Positions 1 through 8,887 of a stretch of DNA of 64,000 nt are shown here, in pieces. Numbering within the stretch: position 1 is the first letter of the stretch; every line of letters starts with the position of its first letter. Below the pieces are notes generated by a model, which saw nothing but the letters and a program-made list of their open reading frames with translations, was not told the DNA's origin and ran no database searches. Source of the stretch: Haliotis rufescens (taxonomy: Eukaryota); the NCBI RefSeq assembly GCF_023055435.1, contig NW_025963813.1, positions 5,456,001-5,520,000 on the forward strand. The letters are read 5' to 3'. A program made the translations under genes and the position numbers.

Positions 1-771
1 CTGGTGTCAACGATACGGGATATGTTCAAATAAATGAGAAATATAACCATGTTTTGTTTTAATGACAACACTTATTGATTTTTAAGGCCAATTGTATCGA
101 AAAGGTTGGTTTTAGAAGTTTTTCAGGCAGCAGTTTTTTAATATTGGTTATATTCTAAATATATGGTAAAAACTCAGCTCATGTCGCTGACTTGCTCTTA
201 GTTCTCTCCTGACGTTTTGTTTTTTCTCACGGTAGCCATTGTTGTGTCCTTGAACATGCCGGAAGTAAACAAGTGTACGATAGAAAAAAGGCTGTTGTCA
301 AACATTTAAACATGTCTGATAATTCTCGTAGAAATATAACAAAGTTTCCCGAAAGTTTTGACGTCTCCGTTGAGGAGAACATACATTTGACAGTCAGTTC
401 GCGGGACAGTTACCTGTATGTTCTCTAACATGATATATATATATATAATTATGTTTATCAGTTTCTTAGTTTTTCTCATGAACGGTTTATCTGATTACTT
501 TAACATGACTATCGTTAAAGGTACCATACACATAAAGGTTGCATCACAACATATACATAGTATTACTATTTTCTAAGCATTTGTGGATTCTACAAATATT
601 TAAACATAGTTAATTAGTAATTCCTCACCGTTGTGTGCCAAGACAACCCGACACGGCATGGGCCGAATATATTCTTTCTGTGTGACCAGTACCACAATGA
701 GAGGACACTATGTTTGAGCACAAATTGTATAAAAATCTATATATTAATATTTCTCTGTTGACAGCATCAAA

Positions 772-2253
772 ATGAGAGGGCAGTGTGTCGTGTTGCTGTG
801 TGTGGTGGGCGTGGCCTTTGTCATGGGCGGAAGTGAAATGGCACCACCGCCGCCACCATTTGGAGGACTACTGGAAGACTTGTCGGTAGGCAACAGTGTT
901 TCGCTTGACATATTCATCCACAAACATACTTTCATTTTTACACTGTTTAATTTGTTGCTATATGGTTGATTCGATGCCGACTCACGCCCAGCCACAACCA
1001 CTACCACACTCATATTAACACTCACACTAACGCACAGACTCCCACTCACTCCCACTCTAGCTCTCACTCTCACGCACAACCACAATCACAGACACAGACA
1101 CACTCACACTAAAATTTACACTCACACTCACGAACACACTCACACTCCCACTCACTCCCACACTCACTCACTCTCACGGACAACCACAATCACAGGCACA
1201 GATACACTCACATTTACACTCACACTCACGCACACACTCACACTCCCACTCACTCCCACACTCACTCACTCTCACGGACAACCAGAATCTCCAGGCACAG
1301 ATACACTCACATTTACACTCACACTCACGCACACGCACACGCACACACTCACACTCGCACTCACACACTCGCACTCGCACTCACACACTCACATTCACAA
1401 CCACACTCACAGTCACATACATACTCACAGTCACACTCGCTCGCACACACACGCTCGCACTCGCACTCACGCTCGCACTCACACTCACAGTCGCACTCAC
1501 AGTCATATTCACACTCACACTCACACTCACTCTCACGCACTACCACAATCGCAGTCACAGACACATCCATATTCATATTCATATTCACTCTCACGCACAC
1601 GCACACGCACACGCACACCCACACCCACAATTGTAACACGCCGAACTCAGCAATATTCATGTGGCAACTTATCGAGATCCAAATGCACGACCACTGACAT
1701 AATTTCTCACGCCCATGACTGCAGTTTTTTTGGACGCCTATTTTAGCGTCGTGTCATTCGAATCAGTCGAATTACGAAACTATGGTATCAAATGATTCCG
1801 GGTTAATTATCATGCTATAATACCCTGGATAACCGAGGATGAGGCAGGGGGCAGCGGATGATGGTGCATGTATGCAGACCCACTTTTATACATGCTATTA
1901 ATGACATCCTTAGTTCACAAAGACAATGCCTTAATTCCACACTTGGCATGTATGTAAACGTAGACTTGAATTTGACATCAGAATATGCAGCACAGTCACC
2001 CATTTGACACGTTGTCCATCTACTCCAGGCTCCTCTGACACTGCGGGACATCGTGGCGCTAGGCTGCCTCCGAGCTCTCCGAGAAAACGATCTGCTGGAG
2101 GAAGCACTCAACCCAAGGGAACAAACACCAATGAAACGCGAAGAGCTGGCCACCATTCTAGGTCGCGTTCTGTCCCGAAATAGGCGTTCCCCACATCAGC
2201 TCGTGAGAACCTGCCGACCCATTCTGCTAGGGCCCCCTGAACCAGCGCCTTAA
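772..2253 (+). CDS. Predicted spliced gene for a ~112-aa secreted precursor-like protein; coding exons 772-885 and 2029-2253
   Basis: Acceptor ttctctgttgacag ends at 764, just before CATCAAA-ATG(772). Hydrophobic N-terminus MRGQCVVLLCVVGVAFVMG. Donor TCG|gtaggc at 885/886 (phase 0) matches acceptor catctactccag|GCT at 2028/2029 (phase 0), which reads in frame into track ORF 2053-2253. Stop TAA is followed by a strong donor G|gtaagg at 2254/2255. Confidence 0.62.
983..1630. repeat. CA-rich low-complexity micro/minisatellite (CACACT-type hexamers), intronic
   Basis: Degenerate cacact/cactcg/cacgca runs. A ~100-bp block (acaaccacaatcacag...atttacactcacactcacg) recurs near 1075, 1180 and 1278. 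Confidence 0.9.
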
Positions 2254-2279
2254 GGTAAGGGAGTTCTTCTTTTTTAGCA

Positions 2280-2622
2280 GACCGCCGACGATTTCTTGTG
2301 GACAGAGCGCCTGTCCTGAGAACGGAAGATCGGTGGTTCGGTCCCCGGCCGCGTTATACCAGAAGACATTAAAAGATGATACTTATTGGTATCATTGCTG
2401 TCACTCGGCATTAGGTAGTTCAAACAAGGATTGTTTGGCCCGGAGTCAGTATGCTGTGTGTGGGTAGGGTATAGATTTTAAACCAGGCATGTTTCCTCGT
2501 TGGACTGGCACTACTAAACCGGATCTTGCCTGGAATAGGCACACAAACACACGTGCATTCACGTCGTTATATAAGTGCAATAATCTTGAACGTGACTTTA
2601 AACCCTTTTTCACCTCACCTCA
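2280..2622 (+). mobile_element. Degenerate tRNA-derived SINE
   Basis: A-box-like gtggacagagcg (2298-2309) and B-box-like ggttcggtccc (2335-2345) with tRNA-like spacing, no tRNA 3' stem, a ~260-bp body, and a tail ttaaaccc...cacctcacctca. The layout resembles molluscan SINEs from memory; family not confirmed. Confidence 0.65.
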
Positions 2623-2957
2623 TTCCTACCTTGTTTGTGTGATTCAATCAAAGAATAGATGTTTTTTCTAATACGTCATTTACCTCATCAGAAAAAGAAT
2701 GAATGATTAACTGTATTGGGTATTCGGAGATATCTTAACAACCTGTTGATGTTACGATATTGTTCATAGCAGCTGTGCGTGTACTCGCACTTAAGATGGC
2801 AAACTGAGTTTTTGTCGTCACAAACTGTCTTTAGAATTATCTGCAGAAACACCATGGTTCCATAATATCTGAAACAGTGTTATGTGAAACTGTGATGTGT
2901 GTCTAACGTGAAACTGTTTTATGTGAAAGTAAGTAATGTGAAACTATTTGATTACAG

Positions 2958-3270
2958 ATGAGAGCCCGAGGACAAGCTAATAAAACATCTGAGAGTATCA
3001 ATGACCGAAACGATACAATAATGAAACATATACTAAAGACACAGCCTCCCCCAAGTACAGAAAAAGGACACTGACAACAGCATACTTATTATTAAGAGTT
3101 TTTTTCCGAATAAATGAAACCTATTCACTGATTTCATTTTTCTTTATCCGTCATGAAACTAACGTATACATGCCAGAACTGACATTGGTGGTACTGGTGG
3201 TACTATTCGTCAATCACACACATTTCAATCTCTTGCTCGTAATACGTCAATAAATGCTGAAATAAATTCT
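2958..3270 (+). other. Candidate non-coding last exon (3' UTR) of the plus-strand gene
   Basis: Acceptor tatttgattacag ends at 2957. AATAAA at 2979, 3109, 3249 and 3261. Confidence 0.35.
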
Positions 3271-3290
3271 GTTGTCACGCGCGTGTCTGT

Positions 3291-3420
3291 NNNNNNNNNN
3301 NNNNNNNNNNNNNNNNNNNNNNNNNNNNNNNNNNNNNNNNNNNNNNNNNNNNNNNNNNNNNNNNNNNNNNNNNNNNNNNNNNNNNNNNNNNNNNNNNNNN
3401 NNNNNNNNNNNNNNNNNNNN
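3291..3420. other. Assembly gap (130 N)
   Basis: Run of N. Confidence 1.
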
Positions 3421-3554
3421 AAACTCAAACCTTTTCTTGTTTTCTGAAGAACTGTTACACATCCATCGGCCAATATTACGTACATATTTTGTGTTATTAG
3501 AAATTATCACAACTGACAACAAAAATACCTGTCCCAGAGTAAAGAACCCTTACA

Positions 3555-3851
3555 AACAGGGTACTATATTCTCCTATTTACCTTCCGGGTCATGGTAAAA
3601 CTTAGGGGACGTAACTGTGTCTGAGGCCATCTGAGAGGGAATCTGCTTCCTTGAAGATTCATATTGCGCTGGCCTCTTGAAAAGAACAAACAGATTTGGA
3701 CTTGTTTTTGTGGATTTTTTTTCTAGAAATCTTGTTGTATTATTGGACATCTGCTCTACCTTATAAGGCCTTAATGTTATCATCACCCCATGGGTGCATT
3801 GAGTCACATGTGTCACTTTTTTAGTTTGAACATTCGCACGGCTGTAATTAT
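3555..3851. repeat. Diverged partial copy of the array spacer (homologous to ~4290-4587) at the left edge of the array
   Basis: Aligns by eye to 4290-4587 with more mismatches than array units show to each other, then joins at 'tat' (3849-3851) to sequence matching 6942 onward. Confidence 0.85.
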
Positions 3852-4780
3852 GTCCCATGTATGACCCCCTTCCAGCCTTACCTGCCCACACCCACCAACA
3901 AAACTCCACCACCGGAGTTGAACATTCATCTGGCCTCAAAGCACAATGATTTTCCTTCTTTGCTATCTGCAGTGACATGTCAACCCACATTAATTAATAT
4001 CGTTCATAGGCTGTTCTTCTGTTGCATGACTAACCTGTCACTTACAACTTACACCGCAAACTACCAGCCTGGGTCCAGCAGCTCGATTTCCAAATAACCA
4101 CTGTCAACAATGGTCAGTGGAAGTATCGAGCCTAAACACACAGATCGACCTTTAAACTGGGGGTCAAATCATGGAAAGCTGGAGTCAATATCATGTACTC
4201 ATTTGGGATCAAAACAAATTATCAAGAAAATACAATGTCGAATCTCATGTCAAGCAAAACATATCTGGCCCAGACTCAACAAACCATCGAACAGAGCACT
4301 ACATTCTCCTCTTTACCTTCCGGATCATGGTAAAACTTAAGGGCCGTAACTGTGGTCTGAGGCCATCTGAGAGGGAATCTGCTTCCTTGAAGATTCATAT
4401 TGCGCTGGATTCTTGAAAAGAACAAACAAATTTGGACTTGTTTTTTGTGTGGGCTTTTCTAGAAATCTTGTTGTTTTATTGGACATCTGCTCTACCTTAT
4501 AAGGCCTTAATGTTATCGTCACCCCATGGGTGCATTGAGTCACACGTGTCACTTTTTCAGTTTGAACTTTCGCACGGCTGTAATTATAAAGTAGGTGGGC
4601 GTTTAGAGGCCGTAATGACAGTATGATACTAAAAGGGGACTCCGTGCATTTTCGGACAGAAATTGTCCACTTGCTTGGTTCAACATGTTTATAGGTTTAC
4701 TCATCTGCCTTCGAGCTTCAGGACCTTTGTGGACAATGATTCTAATGTGACAATCACTGTGCAGGACATTGAAAAGTAAG

Positions 4781-4965
4781 CAGTGGAACTACAATTAACT
4801 ACTTTTATAACAAACACGCTTATAACGAACTGACGGATATAAAGTATTGCCCTTAGGTCCCGGACTTTTGCTACATATATCCTGTATATGTGCTTATAAT
4901 GAACTACGGTTATAACGAACTAAAATATGTGGTCTCTTTGAGTTCGTTATGACCGTGGTTTACTG
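4781..4965. mobile_element. Degenerate MITE-like non-autonomous DNA transposon (CAGT...ACTG ends, Tc1/mariner-pogo-like), one per array unit
   Basis: Left end cagtggaact, right end gaccgtggtttactg. Internal direct repeats ttataac(g/a)aa and an inverted copy ttcgttatgaccgt. TA target duplication not intact. Confidence 0.5.
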
Positions 4966-5041
4966 TGGCTGATACTATCTTGAATTTGGTTGTACTTGAA
5001 GAAAATATAAGCCAAGAGAAAATTACAATATACATGGCAGT

Positions 5042-5047
5042 TTTATT
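5042..5047 (-). terminator. Polyadenylation signal AATAAA of Gly/His gene copy 1 (present in all units except copy 18)
   Basis: Plus-strand tttatt, 112 nt past the stop codon, followed on the minus strand by T-rich sequence. Confidence 0.7.
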
Positions 5048-5158
5048 TGTGCGCGTTGAGGAATATACAGCTTTGGTCGATGCAGCATGGCGAGTGGAAT
5101 CGACAAACATGATATCAAATGTCCAGCATTTGATGTGAATATGATGATACTTGAATGT

Positions 5159-5799
5159 TTAACCGTGGTGTCCGCCTCCATGACCACCACCTCCATGGCC
5201 ACCTCCGTGACCGCCACCGTGGCCTCCTCCATGACCTCCACCGTGACCTCCTCCATGACCTCCTCCATGGCCGCCACCTCCGTGTCCTCCGCCATGACCT
5301 CCTTTGCCGCCACCGTGGCCGCCACCTCCATGGCCGCCTCCTCCGTGTCCTTTGCCACCTCCTCCGTGGCCACCTCCTCCGTGTCCTTTGCCACCTCCGT
5401 GACCACCTCCATGACCACCTCCGTGACCACCACCATGACCTCCTCCATGGCCGCCGCCTCCATGACCACCACCGTGGCCTCCACCTCCATGACCACCACC
5501 ACCATGGCCACCAAGGACGGAGCCAAGGAAGACTGTAAAGAATGTGAAGAAAAAACAATGCATAAGTGGTCATAGATGACAGGATGCATACATACAAAAT
5601 CCGTCTACCAATTTTAATAAATGTTTACATCATGGTAGAAACAATCCTGATCATAACGTTGTCAGTATTATCGTAAAGCCATTTAAAACTCAGCAATAGC
5701 TCATAAAGTTGATTATTAGAAAGCTTGGGAATGCGAATTCGCATCAGATAAGGCAAACGTACCCAAGACTACAACAACTGCAACATTAAGAAGGCGCAT
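5159..5799 (-). CDS. Secreted Gly/His-rich repeat protein, copy 1 (136 aa, one extra Gly); exons 5799-5763 and 5532-5159
   Basis: ATG CGC CTT CTT AAT GTT GCA GTT GTT GTA GTC TTG G|gtacgt ... ttttttcttcacattctttacag|TC TTC CTT GGC. The phase-1 splice gives signal peptide MRLLNVAVVVVLVFLGSVLG followed by (GGGH/GGGGH)n. Confidence 0.9.
5533..5762 (-). other. 230-nt phase-1 GT-AG intron within the signal-peptide coding sequence (same length in all 19 copies)
   Basis: Donor G|gtacgt, polypyrimidine tract and cag acceptor. The offset between flanking track ORFs is 259 bp in every unit. Confidence 0.85.
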
Positions 5800-5838
5800 C
5801 CTGCCAGTTACGTTTATCCACTTGAGAATAAACGATTT

Positions 5839-5873
5839 GAATGTCGCTATTGTGATTCACCACACCTTATATA
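5839..5873 (-). promoter_or_regulatory. Core promoter: TATATAA (5873-5867) and initiator-like CATTC with predicted TSS ~5842; repeated in each unit
   Basis: The TATA box starts 31 nt upstream of the A of CATTC, giving a ~43-nt 5' UTR with no upstream ATG. Confidence 0.7.
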
Positions 5874-8249
5874 CTTGTGGTTCAGGAAATCAGGATGTTG
5901 AATGTAAATGCCCTCATTGGAAGATTTTCGAAAAGAAAATTCCAAGCGACTTTTTACACCCTGAGAGCGTGAAGAGTGAATCTTTATTATGTAATATCAC
6001 ATGGGACGGTGTCACCTGCCTCTCTATTTTATGCATATCTTCCTGCATAATTATAAAAATCAAGCTGTGTATTTGTGACCTAACCTGGCACCCAGTGGCT
6101 AGCTCACTGCTGGGAAGCATGATAGATTTAACTGTTCATCCAATGCAATTTCAAGCTACAGATGATTAGTGAGAAAAAAAATGAATGGAGAGAGAATTTA
6201 TAAATGAATGACAAATGTTGAACTCCAGTATTTCGTTGAGTGCATGTATTGAGTCTAGTAGGCTGCCATTACTATGGGTCCAGGAGGTTTATCAACCTAT
6301 GTCAAATGCGTGTTTTAAAGCAAAATGTTATGGGAAGGTCATTATTCCTTTCTTCATAATGAAACTTGATGTGAAGAGGGAAATGTTCAAGTTTGAGATA
6401 TATTTTCAAAGTTTGAATTCCTACTTTTATAATCTCAAAGCCACATTATCTTCTATAATAAAACAAACTTCTTCTTTTTCTGTAACTAGCAAATCTTAAA
6501 TTGCCGTTCAGGTAGCGCAACAATTACCAAAAATATCCAAACTGCTTTAATGAAAACGAACTTCATCTTATTTTCAAAAGAACTGATAATATCAATATTT
6601 ATCATGATATGAACCCGGAAGTAGACACAGCTTTGTCTTGGCTAAGCCGTCCTTAGTAGGCGTACGGATAAAAAACAAACGAGCAGGGTGTAACTGTGAG
6701 TTAGTGTTAGAGTGTGTGTCTGCGTTGTGGTCTGGAACTGGATCTGTGTTTGAGTGTGAAAGTCCGGGCCACATTTAACTTGGTAACTGGCCCAAACCAT
6801 ATTTTTATAGATTGTCGTAAAATCTCAGCTCTCCACATCACATGTGGACATGATATACTAATCCATCAGACGAATACCTGATGTAACCACTATTTCCGCA
6901 GGAACATGTATGCGGTGGTGGTGGTACAACTAACGATCTATGACCCATGTATGACCCCCTTCCAGCCTTACCTGCCCACACCCATCAACAAAACTCCACC
7001 ACCGGAGTTGAACATTCATCTGGCCTCAAAGCACAATGATTTTCCTTCTTTGCTATCTGCAGTGACATGTCAACCCACATTAATTAATATCGTTCATAGG
7101 CTGTTCTTCTGTTGCATGACTAACCTGTCACTTACAACTTACACCGCAAACTACCAGCCTGGGTCCAGCAGCTCGATTTCCAAATAACCACTGTCAACAA
7201 TGGTCAGTGGAAGTATCGAGCCTAAACACACAGATCGACCTTTAAACTGGGGGTCAAATCATGGAAAGCTGGAGTCAATATCATGTACTCATTTGGGATC
7301 AAAACAAATTATCAAGAAAATACAATGTCGAATCTCATGTCAAGCAAAACATATCTGGCCCAGACTCAACAAACCATCGAACAGAGCACTACATTCTCCT
7401 CTTTACCTTCCGGGTCATGGTAAAACTTAAGGGACGTAACTGTGGTCTGAGGCCATCTGAGAGGGAATCTGCTTCCTTGAAGATTCATATTGCGCTGGAT
7501 TCTTGAAAAGAACAAACAAATTTGGACTTGTTTTTTTGTGTAGGCTTTTCTAGAAATCTTGTTGTTTTATTGGACATCTGCTCTACCTTATAAGGCCTTA
7601 ATGTTATCGTCACCCCATGGGTGCATTGAGTCACACGTGTCACTTTTTCAGTTTGAACTTTCGCACGGCTGTAATTATAAAGTAGGTGGGCGTTTAGAGG
7701 CCGTAATGACAGTATGATACTAAAAGGGGACTCCGTGCATTTTCGGACAGAAATTGTCCACTTGCTTGGTTCAACATGTTTATAGGTTTACTCATCTGCC
7801 TTCGAGCTTCAGGACCTTTGTGGACAATGATTCTAATGTGACAATCACTGTGCAGGACATTGAAAAGTAAGCAGTGGAACTACAATTAACTACTTTTATA
7901 ACAAACACGCTTATAACGAACTGACGGATATAAAGTATTGCCCTTAGGTCCCGGGCTTTTGCTACATATATCCTATATATGTGCTTATAATGAACTACGG
8001 TTATAACGAACTAAAATATGTGGTCTCTTTGAGTTCGTTATGACCGTGGTTTACTGTGGCTGATACTATCTTGAATTTGGTTGTACTTGAAGAAAATATA
8101 AGCCAAGAGAAAATTACAATATACATGGCAGTTTTATTTGTGCTCGTTGAGGAATATACAGCTTTGGTCGATGCAGCATGGCGAGTGGAATCGACAAAAA
8201 TGATATCAAATGTCCAGCATTTGATGTGAATATGATGATACTTGAATGT

Positions 8250-8887
8250 TTAACCGTGGTGTCCGCCTCCATGACCACCACCTCCATGGCCACCTCCGTG
8301 ACCGCCACCGTGGCCTCCTCCATGACCTCCACCGTGACCTCCTCCATGACCTCCTCCATGGCCGCCACCTCCGTGTCCTCCGCCATGACCTTCTTTGCCG
8401 CCACCGTGGCCGCCACCTCCATGGCCGCCTCCTCCGTGTCCTTTGCCACCTCCGTGGCCACCTCCTCCGTGTCCTTTGCCACCTCCGTGACCACCTCCAT
8501 GACCACCTCCGTGACCACCACCATGACCTCCTCCATGGCCGCCGCCTCCATGACCACCACCGTGGCCTCCACCTCCATGACCACCACCACCATGGCCACC
8601 AAGGACGGAGCCAAGGAAGACTGTAAAGAATGTGAAGAAAAAACAATGCATAAGTGGTCATAGATGACAGGATGCATACATACAAAATCCGTCTACCAAT
8701 CCTAATAAATGTTTACATCATGGTAGAAACTATCCTGATCATAACGTTGTCAGTATTATCGTAAAGCCATTTAAAACTCAGCAATAGCTCATAAAGTTGA
8801 TTATTAGAAAGCTTGGGAATGCGAATTCGCATCAGATAAGGCAAACGTACCCAAGACTACAACAACTGCAACATTAAGAAGGCGCAT
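8250..8887 (-). CDS. Gly/His-rich secreted protein copy 2 (135 aa, G>E in KEGH); exons 8887-8851, 8620-8250
   Basis: Same splice sites and open frame as copy 1. Confidence 0.9.

Noticed and set aside
228-270. CCGGAAGT plus minus-strand caacaATGGCT as a promoter or gene start
   Set aside because: The minus-strand frame stops after 13 codons, and the motifs are too short to call without transcript data.
744-1660. Minus-strand Cys/Glu/Val-rich ORFs (CECECV...) resembling metallothionein
   Set aside because: They are translations of the CA/TG-rich microsatellite.
2280-2350. Possible tRNA gene
   Set aside because: A- and B-box-like motifs are present, but there is no acceptor stem and the sequence continues into a SINE-like body and tail.
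2868-2946. Short repeated gtgaaa(c) motifs
   Set aside because: A few degenerate intronic copies with irregular spacing and no supportable function.
3225-3598. ORFs spanning the N run
   Set aside because: Artefacts of translating the assembly gap.
5533-5563. MHCFFFTFFT as the start of a single-exon protein
   Set aside because: It coincides with the intron's polypyrimidine tract and acceptor; the upstream exon gives a better signal peptide with a TATA box at the right distance.
5023-5597. Overlapping ORFs in other frames (Val/Glu/Met-rich, Ser/Thr-rich, Trp/Arg-rich, His/Leu/Arg-rich) in every unit
   Set aside because: These are shadows of a stop-free (GGN)n/CAY repeat. Their ends shift with 1-bp indels and SNPs between copies, and only the Gly/His frame has a promoter, splice sites, signal peptide and polyA signal.
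5822-7506. Recurring 60-115-aa spacer ORFs (MRINDL..., MLNSSI..., MWPGLS..., MYAVVV..., MVSGSI..., MESWSQ...)
   Set aside because: They recur only because the unit is repeated. They show no recognisable domains, some use non-ATG starts, and several are broken by stops or frameshifts in some units.
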